DNA of 64,000 nucleotides from an uncultured cyanobacterium (GCA_963749915.1 CAVVOP010000022.1:96001-160000), one strand, 5' to 3'; positions 11,057 through 23,274 are shown, counted from the first letter of the stretch. Notes: generated by a model not told the origin, from the sequence alone. A program made the numbers and translations.

Positions 11057-12199
11057 TTGCTTATGTCTATTTTGCGTTTTAATCCAGCAGTGTTAGTTTT
11101 AGCCGATGGTACATCCTATGAAGGTTATGCTTTTGGTGCAAAAGGTACAACTTTCGGAGAAGTGGTTTTTAACACAGGCATGACAGGTTATCAAGAAGTC
11201 ATGACAGATCCAAGTTATTCTGGTCAAATAGTCACTTTTACCTATCCAGAATTGGGAAATACAGGGGTTAATCCTGAAGATGAAGAATCTTTTAAACCCC
11301 ATATTAAAGGAGTTATTGCCCGTAATATTACCAAAAAACCTAGTAATTGGCGATCAACTCAATCATTACCAGACTATTTAGCAGAACATAAAATTGTTGG
11401 CATTTATGGCATAGATACCCGTGACTTAACCCGTCGTTTACGCTCATCAGGGGCGATGAATGGGGCCATTTCCAGCGAAATCTTAGATCCTGATCAGTTA
11501 TTAGTTCAACTACAAACAGTACCATCTATGGCAGGTTTAAACCTCGTCAAAGAAATAACTACCAAAGAAGTTTATGAGTGGACAGAAGCGACTTCTTCCC
11601 AGTGGGAATTTAGCAATCGAGCCAATTTAGAAGAAGAAAAATTCACCGTTGTCGCCGTTGATTTCGGTGTTAAACGCAATATTTTACGTCGTTTAGCCAG
11701 TTATGGTTGTAAAGTAATTGTTGTCCCTGCCAATACTCCCCCTGAAGAAATTCTCAAATATAATCCTGATGGTATTTTTCTCTCTAATGGTCCCGGAGAT
11801 CCTTCTGCCGTAGCTGAAGGGATTGAAATCACAAGAGTATTGCTAGAGGCAAAAAAACCCACTTTTGGCATTTGTATGGGACATCAAATTCTCGGTTTAT
11901 CTTTAGGTGCAGAAACCTTTAAGCTAAAATTTGGTCATCGAGGCTTAAATCAACCCGCAGGACTAAAGCAAAAAGTCGAAATTACTAGTCAAAATCACGG
12001 TTTTGCGGTGACGGAAGAATCTTTGGGGGCTGATGTAGAGATTACCCATTTTAATTTGAACGATCACACAGTGGCAGGGTTAAAACATAAAACTTTACCC
12101 TTCTTTTCAGTACAATATCATCCTGAAGCGAGTCCGGGTCCTCATGACGCTGATTATTTATTTGAACAGTTCGTCAAGATGATGGGTGAACACAAATAA
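11057..12199 (+). CDS. carA: Carbamoyl-phosphate synthase small subunit
   Basis: [28 protein letters not shown] and [12 protein letters not shown] motifs. Confidence 0.97.
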   Translation: MLMSILRFNPAVLVLADGTSYEGYAFGAKGTTFGEVVFNTGMTGYQEVMTDPSYSGQIVTFTYPELGNTGVNPEDEESFKPHIKGVIARNITKKPSNWRSTQSLPDYLAEHKIVGIYGIDTRDLTRRLRSSGAMNGAISSEILDPDQLLVQLQTVPSMAGLNLVKEITTKEVYEWTEATSSQWEFSNRANLEEEKFTVVAVDFGVKRNILRRLASYGCKVIVVPANTPPEEILKYNPDGIFLSNGPGDPSAVAEGIEITRVLLEAKKPTFGICMGHQILGLSLGAETFKLKFGHRGLNQPAGLKQKVEITSQNHGFAVTEESLGADVEITHFNLNDHTVAGLKHKTLPFFSVQYHPEASPGPHDADYLFEQFVKMMGEHK

Positions 12200-12293
12200 G
12201 TTAATAAGCTTCAGACGCATCTAAGTTACTGATGAAGACGGAGAATGGGTAAATAGTGTTAATTGTTAATTGTTAATTATTAATTATTAATTG

Positions 12294-13205
12294 TTAACGA
12301 TTATTCATTCTCTCAAAACCACTTTTAGTTAAATTGTATCTCGAAGGCTGAGATGAATTAACTCTCACTTCGTCTTCTTGATTATTGATAATAGGAGTAT
12401 CTTTTTCTTCAAGGATGTTTTTCTGCGATTGAACATCTGGTGATACTATTTCCTGAATTGTGCCTTGGGGAGGAATTTCTTCGGGGGAGGTTGCAGATTC
12501 CCCAATTGTGCCTTGGGGGGGAATTTCTCCGGGGGAGGTTGCAGATTCCCCAATTGTGCCTTGGGGAGGAATTTCTCCAGGGGAGGTAAGAGGAGTATCA
12601 ACTTCCTGATTATTACTAGTATTCAGCGAAGGCACAACATTTCCAGCACTGGCGGAATCATAGCTGAAATAAACATGACCTAATGCTTTTCCTTCATAAG
12701 TTCTTCTACTGAAACGCCATCCGGGATTAAGTTGTATTTTCATTGGCTTATCATTTAAACCTTCTGCAGTACCGACTATTATTGGGGGTTGACTGCTATC
12801 TTTGCGATTCATCCCGATCAACAATAAATTACCGTCTCTTTCTACTAAATTAAGAAGAATATCTAAGCCAGAGTCTTCACCATCGTAGCGAATAGAATAA
12901 CCATTAGCATCGGTACTCCGGCGACAATGACCGCTAAAATCGAAGTTAAGTAATAATAAGTCAACATTGACAGGATTCGCCCCGATTTCACTCCAACAAT
13001 TATTTTTACCAGGAACTTGTTCAATGACAATTAAATTGTATTTATTTTCTCCATAGGGTTGTGCTACGGCAATAAATTCATTTTGATTGACTTCTGTTTC
13101 CTCAAAAGTAACCGCTTTGACGGCGTTCAAGGGGAAGAAACTAGATAAGGATAAAGCAGTTAAAGCTAAAACTGACAATTTGTTTGATAGTAATGATTTG
13201 ATCAT
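12294..13205 (-). CDS. DUF3747-type secreted protein with Pro-rich repeats
   Basis: Signal peptide, LIVIEQ...CWSE...LLLNFDFSGHCRRSTDANGYSIR, PGWRFSRRTYEGKALGHVYF. Confidence 0.8.
   Translation of the reverse strand: MIKSLLSNKLSVLALTALSLSSFFPLNAVKAVTFEETEVNQNEFIAVAQPYGENKYNLIVIEQVPGKNNCWSEIGANPVNVDLLLLNFDFSGHCRRSTDANGYSIRYDGEDSGLDILLNLVERDGNLLLIGMNRKDSSQPPIIVGTAEGLNDKPMKIQLNPGWRFSRRTYEGKALGHVYFSYDSASAGNVVPSLNTSNNQEVDTPLTSPGEIPPQGTIGESATSPGEIPPQGTIGESATSPEEIPPQGTIQEIVSPDVQSQKNILEEKDTPIINNQEDEVRVNSSQPSRYNLTKSGFERMNNR
12456..12587. repeat. 48-bp tandem repeat (about 2.7 copies) encoding TSPGEIPPQGTIGESA
   Basis: AATTGTGCCTTGGGG..GGAATTTCT..GGGGAGGT repeats with a period of 48 bp. Confidence 0.9.
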
Positions 13206-13633
13206 AGTTATTATGAGGATTTTATTTGAAATACAGTTAGTATTATTGTATTTTGTATGGAATAGTTAAGTAGTTGTCTTTAAGGAATTTATTTTATTTC
13301 CCTATTGTAGAGTTATACCACTTGACTTATAGATCATGAACCATGTTCCGAAAAATTTTTAAGATTTACCCTACTTTACTCTATTTTTATGGGGAGAATA
13401 TAGGAAACTAGGGTTTTTACGTTAACAAAATTAGAGACACCTTGAACTTTAAGTACAAGATGTCCCCACATTTTATATTAATTTATTTATGGTTAAGGTC
13501 TTTATATAAGCTGACCCAAATTCATCTTCGAGAACTATAATCCCACGTTTTTAAAGTTCTAGTTATTTTCTTAATCTTTTCTTTAGATTTTGTGAATGAG
13601 TGTCACAAAATGTTAACTATTACTAACTTAATA

Positions 13634-14149
13634 TTAACTTTTGTAAATGGTAACACCTAACTTTTGGGAGAACCACACTTCAAAATTGCGTATAGAAAAA
13701 GGTTTTGTTTTTTCAAGTTCGACCATCGGCTCAACTAAGATGGTAAACATTCCCAAACGATTGCCTGCCAAAACGTCAGTAAATAAGCGATCCCCCACCA
13801 TCGCAACTTGTTCAACGGGATGATTCATGGTATTAACTGCATGTCGGAGTTTACGGCGGGAGGGTTTACCGGCACCAAAAATAAAGGGTAAATCTAAACT
13901 AGAGGCAATAGTCCCAATACGATTTTGACTAAGATTATTACTAACTAACCATAAATCGACTATTTGACGCACTTCTGTAACCCAACTGATTAACTCGGGG
14001 GATAACTGTTTTTCATTCCAAGGTACAAGAGTTTCATCAACATCTAAGACTAACCCCTTAAGATTGTGTCTTTGAATTAAACTAGGACTAAGATGAATAA
14101 CAATATCCCCTAAAACTAAATCAGGTTGTAAAATTTTTGCTTTGGACAT
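13634..14149 (-). CDS. YqeG-family HAD IIIA phosphatase
   Basis: LDVDETL, VSNN, AGKP and MVGDRLFTDVLAGNRLG motifs. Confidence 0.92.
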   Translation of the reverse strand: MSKAKILQPDLVLGDIVIHLSPSLIQRHNLKGLVLDVDETLVPWNEKQLSPELISWVTEVRQIVDLWLVSNNLSQNRIGTIASSLDLPFIFGAGKPSRRKLRHAVNTMNHPVEQVAMVGDRLFTDVLAGNRLGMFTILVEPMVELEKTKPFSIRNFEVWFSQKLGVTIYKS

Positions 14150-14314
14150 GATAAAAATAATTGATAGTTGATACTGGAGGGAACACGAAACACTATAAAG
14201 TCGTCATTAATTGTTAATTGTTAATTAATTTTTCATTGTCCATTATTAACTGCCTCAGTAGCCAAAAGTTTAAGTTAAACTAAATAAAAAGAAATTAATG
14301 TCGAAAAAACAACT

Positions 14315-14920
14315 ATGAGTGAAAATTTACCAGAACATGAGCGGCCGAATATTATTACTAAAGAGGAAAATCCTTGGGCAGAAATATTGAAAACTATAGG
14401 CATGGCAGCAGTTTTATCTTTTGGTATTCGTACCTTTGTGGCCGAAGCTCGATATATTCCCTCATCTTCTATGGAGCCCACCTTACAAATAAATGATCGC
14501 TTAATTATCGAAAAAATGAGTTATCGTTTCCATCAACCGGAAAGAGGTGATGTAGTTGTTTTTAACGCCACAGAAGCCCTACAAGCTGAACATTTTAACG
14601 ATGCTTTTATCAAGAGAATTATTGGTTTACCTGGAGATGAGGTAAAAGTTCGTAACGGTCAAGTAATAGTAAACAATGAAGTATTAAGAGAAGCCTATAT
14701 AAAAGAGGCTCCCCAGTACGATTATGGTCCAGTAATTGTTCCTGAAGATCAATATTTGGTATTAGGAGATAATCGTAACAATAGCTATGATTCTCATTAC
14801 TGGGGATTTGTGCCTCGGAATAAATTTATTGGTCGTGCTTCTGTTCGTTTTTGGCCTCCCGACAGAATGGGCCTAATTGACGAAAAACCCGCCTATGCGG
14901 ATACTCCCCAGAAGAATTAA
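14315..14920 (+). CDS. lepB: Signal peptidase I
   Basis: IPSSSMEPTL, FIKRIIGLPGD and GDNRNNSYDSHYWG motifs. Confidence 0.95.
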   Translation: MSENLPEHERPNIITKEENPWAEILKTIGMAAVLSFGIRTFVAEARYIPSSSMEPTLQINDRLIIEKMSYRFHQPERGDVVVFNATEALQAEHFNDAFIKRIIGLPGDEVKVRNGQVIVNNEVLREAYIKEAPQYDYGPVIVPEDQYLVLGDNRNNSYDSHYWGFVPRNKFIGRASVRFWPPDRMGLIDEKPAYADTPQKN

Positions 14921-15113
14921 TAAGGAAAGGAAAGTTCGCCTCTCTCAACTCAAGGCGAATTGTTAATTATTCTATCGATTTAACACGAGCAATGACTTAG
15001 CAATGTAGGATTAACTCTGGTGCAATTATTTGTTACTGGTCAATCAAGATTAATATTCAATGATCTTTTCGTGTGTCAGAAATTAAAGCTGAAAGCAAAA
15101 TTAAGCAGATTCG

Positions 15114-17120
15114 ATGAGTAATCCTAATTCTGTCGTTACCGAGCTATTAACCGCCTTTCCCCAATGGCGTACTCAAATGTATTTTAAGTCTTCTTTAACG
15201 GCCCTTTCTCATGCGATGGAAGATCAGGTTTTAGCTAGTGATGAACAACCTTTAATTATTGCTAGTTTTCAAAAAGAAAGATTTTATCGTCAAGAAGCTC
15301 ATCGCTACCAGCGTATTGGCAAACTTTCTCCTCATGTTTATGTTTTGGCGGCACCGGAGACAGAGTTTAGTAGTATGTCTGATGTTTATGAAAAGGTAGC
15401 TTTTCCACAAGAAGATGCTTTGAGTCAGGAATGGCATTTAGTAGTAATTGCCAAAAATTACGCTAATTGTTTGATTTGTCGGGAAAAAACCCATTTACCA
15501 AAAACTAGGGTTGAAGAAACTGCGATGGATAACAGTCGTCGTTTTGAAGGTATTTGGACTTTCGATCGTCAAGTAAGTCAAAAAGCAGGGGCAATTTTAT
15601 TGCATCGTATCCCTAACTATCGTCCCGAATTGAAACGGAAAATTAATCGGGCATTGAAGCTATATTGTCCGGAAGTTAAAAATTCACCCAATTCTGCTCA
15701 GTTGCCTCTTTTTGACTCTCCCATAGTAAATCCTGATCCTTTTGTGCAAAGATTGGTTACTTATTTACAAGCAGGACAATACAAACTCATCAAAGCTAAT
15801 CGTTTTTTGAGTGTTAAAGAGAAAAAAGAACGGTTACTTAATTCTGTTACGAGTGCAATACGGCGATCCCTCAATCCCCAAGAAATTTTACAAGTAGCGG
15901 TAGATAAACTAGGAGAAGGTTTGGGGGTGTGCCGTTGTTTGATTTATCGCTGTCAGGAAACGGATTTAAACGCTAAAATTCATCATGAGTTTTTAAATGA
16001 AAAAATTGATTCCCTCAAAGGGAAAACTTGGCCTCTGAAAGATAATCCTTTATTTCAAGAAGTATTAGTGGTCAGAGAATCCATTAGTATTGATGATGTT
16101 ACCATTGATCCCCGTGTTCAGGATCACTCATCTGAGTTATCGCAATTAATCACCAGTTGCTCGATTATGTCATGGTTGATGGTGCCCATACTCTACCAAG
16201 GAAAATTATTAGGAATGATGGAGTTACACCATTGTGATTCTATTCCTATCACCTGGAAATCCGAAGATATTGCCCTGGTGGATGCCATTGCCACTCAAGT
16301 GGGAGTTGCCTTAATCCAAGCAGAATCTTACGCTAATTTAGAAAATCTTAACGAACAACTAGAAGCTCTCGATCGCACTCGTTCTAATTTAGTAGCCATT
16401 ACGGGACATGAATTACGCACCCCTTTATCAACTATTCAGGTATGTTTAGAAAGTTTGGCTAATGAGCCTGATATGTCCGAGGAGTTACGTCAAGTAATGT
16501 TAAGTACAGCCTTAGATGATGCCGAAAGAATGCGTAAATTAGTGCAAGATTTTCTTACCCTCTCCCAGCTCGAAGGTGGTACGGTGGAATGGAATCCTGA
16601 ACCGTTATCCTTAGAAGAATGTATCGATTTATCATTATCCCATATTCGTTCTCGACAGGATCAAAGTGTTATACCTACCATTAAAAACTTAGTGGTGGAT
16701 GAGTTACCTTTAGTACAAGCCGATGGAGAATGGTTAGTAGAAGTATTGAGTAAGTTATTGGATAATGCTTGTAAATTTACTGATGGTAGCGGACAAATTA
16801 CTATTCAAGCGGAAGAAATAGACGAGGACAACTTAGAGGTAACGGTGTCAGATAACGGTAGAGGTATCGAACCTGATAGATTAGATCAAGTATTCGATCG
16901 ATTTTACCAAGAAGAAGGGGCATTAAGACGATCGGCCGGTGGTACAGGATTGGGATTAGCTATTTGTCGGCAAATAGTCAAAAATTGGGGGGGCAGAATC
17001 TGGGCGGAATCCGTAGGCAAAAATCTCGGAAGTAAATTTCATTTTACCGTGCCAAAATTTAACAGTACCAATACATCTCCGATAAACTCTAATACAGTGA
17101 AGAAAAATCGTCGGCGGTGA
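15114..17120 (+). CDS. DICT-GAF sensor histidine kinase
   Basis: DICT (YFKSSLTALSHAMED, FQKERFY, EWHLV), GAF, HELRTPL H-box, DNACKF, DNGRGI and GGTGLGLAI. Confidence 0.9.
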   Translation: MSNPNSVVTELLTAFPQWRTQMYFKSSLTALSHAMEDQVLASDEQPLIIASFQKERFYRQEAHRYQRIGKLSPHVYVLAAPETEFSSMSDVYEKVAFPQEDALSQEWHLVVIAKNYANCLICREKTHLPKTRVEETAMDNSRRFEGIWTFDRQVSQKAGAILLHRIPNYRPELKRKINRALKLYCPEVKNSPNSAQLPLFDSPIVNPDPFVQRLVTYLQAGQYKLIKANRFLSVKEKKERLLNSVTSAIRRSLNPQEILQVAVDKLGEGLGVCRCLIYRCQETDLNAKIHHEFLNEKIDSLKGKTWPLKDNPLFQEVLVVRESISIDDVTIDPRVQDHSSELSQLITSCSIMSWLMVPILYQGKLLGMMELHHCDSIPITWKSEDIALVDAIATQVGVALIQAESYANLENLNEQLEALDRTRSNLVAITGHELRTPLSTIQVCLESLANEPDMSEELRQVMLSTALDDAERMRKLVQDFLTLSQLEGGTVEWNPEPLSLEECIDLSLSHIRSRQDQSVIPTIKNLVVDELPLVQADGEWLVEVLSKLLDNACKFTDGSGQITIQAEEIDEDNLEVTVSDNGRGIEPDRLDQVFDRFYQEEGALRRSAGGTGLGLAICRQIVKNWGGRIWAESVGKNLGSKFHFTVPKFNSTNTSPINSNTVKKNRRR

Positions 17121-17267
17121 TCTCAAGACAGTTAAAACCATTGTCAGAGTCCTTATTCCCTATTTCCCACTCTGACGACAATACTTTTTCGAAAAACCCT
17201 AATTATTTGATAGACTTCTTAGTATAATAAGGATTTGTGACTAAATATTGAAAATCAAAACCTATTT

Positions 17268-17588
17268 ATGACAACCATCTATACAGTAGAAATTATTAAC
17301 GAAGGTCAAACTTATACAATACAAGTGCCCAAAGATCAAAAAATCTTAGAGGTAGCGGAAAAAGAAAACCTTAATTTACCGAACTCTTGTAATGCTGGAG
17401 TTTGTACTACCTGTGCCGCCAAAATTATCAGCGGTGAAGTAGAACAAAGTGAGGGTATGGGATTATCCCTTGAGTTACAAGGAGAAGGTTATGCTTTATT
17501 ATGTGTTTCTTATCCTCGTTCTAATTTAAAACTCGAAACAGGAAAAGAGGACGAGGTTTACGATCGCCAATTTGGCAAAGCTAGTTAA
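17268..17588 (+). CDS. 2Fe-2S ferredoxin
   Basis: SCNAGVCTTCA...LLCVSYPRS. Confidence 0.93.
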   Translation: MTTIYTVEIINEGQTYTIQVPKDQKILEVAEKENLNLPNSCNAGVCTTCAAKIISGEVEQSEGMGLSLELQGEGYALLCVSYPRSNLKLETGKEDEVYDRQFGKAS

Positions 17589-17616
17589 TGGCTAAAGTTT
17601 AGACTAATTTGGCACG

Positions 17617-17656
17617 TTGACATCCTCTCCGCCGTAAAATGGGCGGGGATTCCCCT
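17617..17656. mobile_element. Orphan IS200/IS605-type end hairpin
   Basis: TTGACATCCTCTCCGCCGTAAAATGGGCGGGGATTCC: TTGAC followed by an imperfect GC hairpin. Confidence 0.55.
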
Positions 17657-17698
17657 AGAACAAACTTAACTGTTTGTGTCTAGCAGTGGGTGAAAAAA

Positions 17699-19039
17699 CT
17701 AATAATTAAATAATTTTGACTTACGCGTACTACTACACCATCTAAATAAAACTTTACCTAATAATTGAGAATTATGGCGTACATAGGTATCATCCGGATT
17801 CTGACTCATAATATTAGCCTTGACAATCCTTCTCCCTAGTTTAATCACTTCTTCTCTGTCAAGATATACTGGATGACAATGTTTTTCAGCATATTTTCTC
17901 AGCACATCTTCAGAAGGTAATCGCCCTTGGACTAATACAGCGTCAAAGATTTTACCACCACACACTTGATCAATGGCACGAATATGATCACCAACGGTAT
18001 AACCGTCGGTTTCGCCTTTTTGAGTCATAATATTGCAGACATAAATTTTGGGAGCTGAACTTCTGGCGATCGCCGCTCTAATTTCAGGCACTAATAAATT
18101 AGGGATAATGCTTGTGTATAAACTACCCGGTCCTAAAATGATATATTCTGCTTGTTCAATGGCTTTAATGACCGCAGGAGTGGCGGGAGGATGAGGAGGA
18201 TGACAACCCACTTCGACAATTTTACCCCCAACTTCGGGAATGTTAGACTCTCCCTCGACAATCTTACCATCGGTAAATCTCGCCCACAAACTTACATCGG
18301 ATAAAGTGGCAGGTAAAACTTTACCCCGAATAGCCAATACTTTTGCACTAGCATCGATCGCTCCGACTAAATCTCCTGTAATTTCATTTAAAGCCGTTAA
18401 AAATAAATTACCGAAACTATGACCATTTAAACCTTCTCCCGCCGTAAAACGATATTGAAATAATTCCGTTAGCAACTTTTCCTCATCAGCCAAAGAAGCG
18501 ATACAGTTACGAATGTCTCCTGGCGGTAAAACCCCCATTTCCCTGCGTAATCTTCCAGAAGAACCTCCATCATCTGCTACTGTAACAATCGCCGTAATAT
18601 TAGCACTATAATCCTTAATTCCTCGTAATAAAGTCGATAAACCGGTACCACCACCAATGGCGACAATTTTTGTCCCTCTATTGAGACGGCGATAATTCCA
18701 AAGGACATCTATCAATTCTTCATCATTATTAGGTTTTAACACCTCGGTGATTGAGCCAAAAGTACGAGTTTGACCCCAATATAATAAAAATAAACCAAAA
18801 ATGATCACCACAGGACCAGAAATATAACTGGGGACGTTATTCGTAATTTTATTGAGAATACCAATGATAAAGTCAAGAAAACGATAGGTAGGAGTCAATT
18901 TAGTCCAAATGGCTAAACCTAAAACTACCATGACAATGCCAATTATACTGGTGAGTAACCAACGTTTGACGAGAATACCCGGAGATAACCATTTATATAA
19001 GTGATTGACTTTTTTACGACCGTTACGATGATTAACCAT
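17699..19039 (-). CDS. YvcK/UPF0052 (CofD-like) gluconeogenesis factor with N-terminal TM segments
   Basis: [34 protein letters not shown] and GPGSLYTS motifs. Confidence 0.93.
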   Translation of the reverse strand: MVNHRNGRKKVNHLYKWLSPGILVKRWLLTSIIGIVMVVLGLAIWTKLTPTYRFLDFIIGILNKITNNVPSYISGPVVIIFGLFLLYWGQTRTFGSITEVLKPNNDEELIDVLWNYRRLNRGTKIVAIGGGTGLSTLLRGIKDYSANITAIVTVADDGGSSGRLRREMGVLPPGDIRNCIASLADEEKLLTELFQYRFTAGEGLNGHSFGNLFLTALNEITGDLVGAIDASAKVLAIRGKVLPATLSDVSLWARFTDGKIVEGESNIPEVGGKIVEVGCHPPHPPATPAVIKAIEQAEYIILGPGSLYTSIIPNLLVPEIRAAIARSSAPKIYVCNIMTQKGETDGYTVGDHIRAIDQVCGGKIFDAVLVQGRLPSEDVLRKYAEKHCHPVYLDREEVIKLGRRIVKANIMSQNPDDTYVRHNSQLLGKVLFRWCSSTRKSKLFNY

Positions 19040-19316
19040 AAAAGTGGAAGATTATAACAATTAATTCCTTATTGGTAATAGATTATAGTTGATAGTTAAG
19101 AAAGGCAACAGTTAACGGGCAATAAACCATGAACCATGACAAAAAGTAATACTGCTATGGTCAAACAGGAAGTGGACTTCTGGCAGGAAAAATCAACTCC
19201 ACAATCCGAATTATTAGCTCAAATTAGGGTACCAGTTAATTGTGAATTTTTCATTTAGAAATGTTAGTATACTGAATAATCTAAGTGAAAACCGCAATAT
19301 TTTATAAAAAATTATT

Positions 19317-20075
19317 ATGTTACTCAGTCAATTAGATAATATCGGCGAAAAAACTATCAATAAAATTGCGGAGATGGCTTTGAAAAGTCAAATCAAAAAT
19401 TTTCAACACTTAAATGTACAGGTAAAAACTGATCCCCATAAATTGTCGAAGGGAATTTTAGAGTCTTTAAATATTGATGGTTATGGTTTGGAGATGCAAA
19501 AGGATTTACGGCTAGAAAAAATGCAGATTACTTTAAATGATATCGCTGTCAGTCCTCTAAAAGCTTTAATGGGCAATGTACAATTAACTCAGCCTAGTCA
19601 AGGAAAGGCTTGTGTTGTTTTGAGCGAGAAAGACATCGAAACGGCTTTAAATATAGATAACCTTAACCAACACTTACAAAAACATTATATTCGCCATCAT
19701 CAAAGTGTGGAAGTGAAATTCTGTCGAGTAGATTGTCGTATTCTTGCTGATGGTAGAATTGTAATTAAAGTCAAATTAAAAATGGCAAATAGTCAAACTG
19801 TCGAGAGTATTTGTTTGATCATTAAGCCTTGTATATGTAAAAGTGGTCAAGGCATATTTTTAGATAGGGTTAGATGTACTCAAGGTGAAAAGTTTTCCCC
19901 CATTCTCGTTAATGGCATTTTGAAAGAGTCGGCAAAAATTTTAAATCTGGATAACTTTCTCATGGATGGTATTTCCCTCGAAGTAAATCATTTAACCATG
20001 GAAGAAGGAAAACTTAATCTTTTAGCCATTGCGGGAATAACCCATCTACCAAAAATTAGTCGCTGTACAAATTAA
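19317..20075 (+). CDS. DUF2993/LmeA-like protein
   Basis: GEKTINKIAE...LNVQVKTDP..L..G..ESLNIDG.GL.MQKDLR pattern. Confidence 0.7.
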   Translation: MLLSQLDNIGEKTINKIAEMALKSQIKNFQHLNVQVKTDPHKLSKGILESLNIDGYGLEMQKDLRLEKMQITLNDIAVSPLKALMGNVQLTQPSQGKACVVLSEKDIETALNIDNLNQHLQKHYIRHHQSVEVKFCRVDCRILADGRIVIKVKLKMANSQTVESICLIIKPCICKSGQGIFLDRVRCTQGEKFSPILVNGILKESAKILNLDNFLMDGISLEVNHLTMEEGKLNLLAIAGITHLPKISRCTN

Positions 20076-20513
20076 AAAGCCTTTGACGAGGATTGAAGTT
20101 GTGAGTTTCTCCTGTTTTATTTTTTTGGCTATAGTTTTGCACTAAAAAGGCAACAAAATCAATTACTTCTTTAGAACTTAGGCATCGTACAAAAGAACTA
20201 TCTTATGTATTAAGGTAAATACGTTGTTTCAGGCTTTTGGAGGTCGCTTTTGATAGCTGGCGATCGCTTGTTTTGACTCAACTCACTTTTTCGCATTGTT
20301 CCCTTCCCTTTGTGGGTAACCATGGGAACGTCACCTTCTCCAAAGAGAATAAAACGCAGTAAATATTGAATCGAATTGCCCTCTGACCAACCATTTTGAG
20401 AATTTACAAGGGTTGTAACTTGAGACAGAAACCTAAGTTTAAGTAGGTAGGTCGACTTTTTACCGTCCAGTCTTTTGATTATTCTCAATAAATTATTATC
20501 TCACAGATTTTGT

Positions 20514-22212
20514 ATGCAAAAGTTAACATTTTTTCTGAGTTTAATTATTCTGACGAGCTATTCTACTATCGGTTTAGCTCAAATCTTCCCACGACTTAAT
20601 CCTCCTCCCCTCAATCCTTCTCCCGATATTCAACCATTACCCCCCATTGATGACATTTTGCCTACATCTCCAGAAATAACCCCCTTTCCCTCTTCTCCTC
20701 TTGACAATGTAAATAATGAAATCACAGTCAAAGAATTTAAGAATCATCGGTAGCACTGTTTTTAGTGAAGAAACATTACAAAAAATTTTACAACCTTACA
20801 CTAATACTCTTATTTCTTTCCATCAATTGGTGGAAGCCCAAGAAAAAATTACCCAATTATATTTTGATAATGGTTATATCACCTCTGGTGCATTTATTCC
20901 TCAACAAACTATGTCTAAGGAGAATAGTGTAGTTACCATTCAAGTTATTGAAGGTAAAGTTGAATCTATCGAAATTAATGGTTTACACCGTCTTCAAGCT
21001 AATTATATTCGCAGTCGTTTAGCCATTGGTGCGCAATCTCCTTTAAATCAACAGAAATTACTCCAATCTTTGCAACTACTACAAGTCAATCCCCTTCTTT
21101 CTCGAATTTCTGCCGAATTGATACCGGGTAAAACTTTTGGGAGTAACATTCTTCGAGTAAATACAAGGGAGGCTAATGCGTTTCATATCTTAGCCAGTTA
21201 TGACAATTATCGTAATCCCAGTGTCGGCACCAATCGCATTTTAGGGCAGATAACTCATGATAACCTAATAGGATGGGGCGATCGGTTTAATCTAACTTAC
21301 TATCATACTGACGGCAGTGATAGTTTTGATAATATTAGTTACAATTTACCGATTAATCCCCAAAATGGCACGATTGGCTTTACTTTTCGCAATAGTGATT
21401 CCAAAGTTATTTACCCTGAAATTTTTGAGCCTTTTGACTTAGAATCTTATTATCAAAAATATGAATTTACCTATCGTCAACCTATCTACCAAACTGCTAA
21501 TCAAGAATTTGTTTTAGGCATTACTGCCGATTGGCAACATAGTAGTAATTATTTCCTCGGTGAGCCTTTTCCTCTATCTCGTGGTGCTGATAGTGAAGGT
21601 AAAACCAGAATTTTTGCCGTCAGATTTTTTCAAGAGTATAATGTTCGTAGCCAAAAAGAAGTTTTTATTGCTAGATCTCAATTTAGTTTTGGCATAAATG
21701 CTTTTGGTTCGACAAATAATCCAGATGGACGACCTGACAGTAATTTTATTGTTTGGCGAGGACAGGGTCAATACCTAAATTTGTTGACTCCCGATGTGAT
21801 CTTATTACTGCGTTCTGATCTGCAATTTGCTAATCAAACTTTACTCCCTTTAGAGCAATTTAGTCTAGGCGGAGTTTATACTGTACGAGGTTACTCTCAA
21901 GATGCCTTACTTGCGGATAACGGTTTTTTTGCTTCCGCCGAATTACGGGCGAATATCCTGAAAATTCCCGAATGGCAAACTATTTTACAAATATCCCCTT
22001 TCTTTGATTTTGGTACAGTGTCGAATAATAACGACATTCCCTTACAAAAAAATAGTCTCTGTAGTGTAGGTTTAGGCTTAAAACTATTAATTCACGATAT
22101 TTTTTCTGCCAGAATTGACTATGGTATTCCCCTCATAAGTTTAGATGATGATAACAACACTTTACAAGGAGATGGTATTTATTTTTCTTTTGAATTAACA
22201 CCTTTTAAATAA
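20514..22212 (+). pseudogene. ShlB/FhaC/HecB (TpsB) outer-membrane transporter, frameshifted near 20740
   Basis: The signal-peptide ORF ends ITVKEFK and the next frame continues IIGSTVFS (one extra A in AAGAATC). POTRA motif YFDNGYITSGA, VIEG and VRGY are present. Confidence 0.85.
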
Positions 22213-22303
22213 TCAAAAAATCATGAAAATTAAATTGTATTTAAGGTTTGGTAAAAATGGCTTTTTCGCCAAACCCCAAAGTAATTAATTCGGTAAGCAG
22301 AGA

Positions 22304-22416
22304 CTAGTGGTCTGTCAAGATAGTTTTGAGGGACTGGGAACGGATAATTTTGGATTTTGGATTTTGGATTTTGGAGGATTGTTTTATCCCTCATTTCAAA
22401 ATTGGCAGACCACTAG
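22304..22416. mobile_element. MITE family 1, copy 2
   Basis: Same CTAG-bounded TIRs and body as 5745-5850, with one extra TTTTGGA unit. Confidence 0.85.
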
Positions 22417-22584
22417 TGTAGCCTCAAACAACGCAAAATCGTTCAATTGGAGGTTATGTCAGTAGCTGATTTGTCCAAAGTCCAAAATCCTAAAAGTGTT
22501 TTCCTAAGATGTTGGTAGCATTTATTTCCCTTAATAAATAGGATCTGCGAAAAAATGCTGATTTGAGCTGATAAGTAAGTAGAT

Positions 22585-23274
22585 ATGAGGTGTATGATTA
22601 AATTAAAAAAAATCATGGGTGAGGTACAAATTAATCAATTAAACCAAGAACTAAATCAGCTAATTATTGAAACTTGTCAGCACTCTCCTGACAGTCGAGC
22701 TCGCAAGAGTGGTTTAACTAAAATTATTCAAGGGATTATTCAATCAGGCAAGCTGTGGCATTCTTATGAACCTTTCTATGAGGATGCCCTACAACAGACT
22801 TGGCTATACCTCTGTCGCAATCTCTGTGAAGCTAATACTGGCAAGCGATATGACCCGAACCAAAGTAAAGTTATTACTTGGCTCAACAGTTATCTTAAAT
22901 ATAGACTGCTTTCTTTCCAACAAGAAAGACAGGAACGGAAATATCAAGAAGTTTCCTCTTCTCTAACCGAAGATGAAGGGACAATAGATCCAATTCGACA
23001 GCTTGAATCTCCTTCAGATACTCCACCAATTTGGGAAGAAACTCTTCATTGGGTCAAAAATGACCGTGATGGTGAGTTAAGGTCAATCCACATCAAAAAT
23101 CGCCCGGATATTACCTGCCAAGTTTTAATTCTGCGCCGTCTGCCACCACCAACAGATTGGAAAACTCTTGAAGCAGAATTTAACTGTTCTTACTCAACCT
23201 TGGCTAACTTCTATAAGCGACAATGCCGTCCTCGCTTGCGTCAATTTGCCCTCACTCAAGGATATTTAGAATAA
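22585..23274 (+). CDS. Sigma-70/ECF-like factor of the cyanobacterial DUF1822-linked type
   Basis: YEDALQQTWLYLCRNL, YDP...VITWLNSYLKYR, C-terminal HTH (WKTLEAEFNCSYSTLANFY). Adjacent to DUF1822. Confidence 0.7.
   Translation: MRCMIKLKKIMGEVQINQLNQELNQLIIETCQHSPDSRARKSGLTKIIQGIIQSGKLWHSYEPFYEDALQQTWLYLCRNLCEANTGKRYDPNQSKVITWLNSYLKYRLLSFQQERQERKYQEVSSSLTEDEGTIDPIRQLESPSDTPPIWEETLHWVKNDRDGELRSIHIKNRPDITCQVLILRRLPPPTDWKTLEAEFNCSYSTLANFYKRQCRPRLRQFALTQGYLE

Noticed and set aside
12260..12296. AATTGTT-type heptamer tracts (similar tracts at about 14205, 31275, 46530 and 48920)
   Set aside because: Ordinary cyanobacterial short tandem repeats in intergenic regions.
20210..20488. 92-aa minus-strand ORF
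   Set aside because: No recognisable family or ribosome-binding site. It may be a gene fragment, but I cannot support that.
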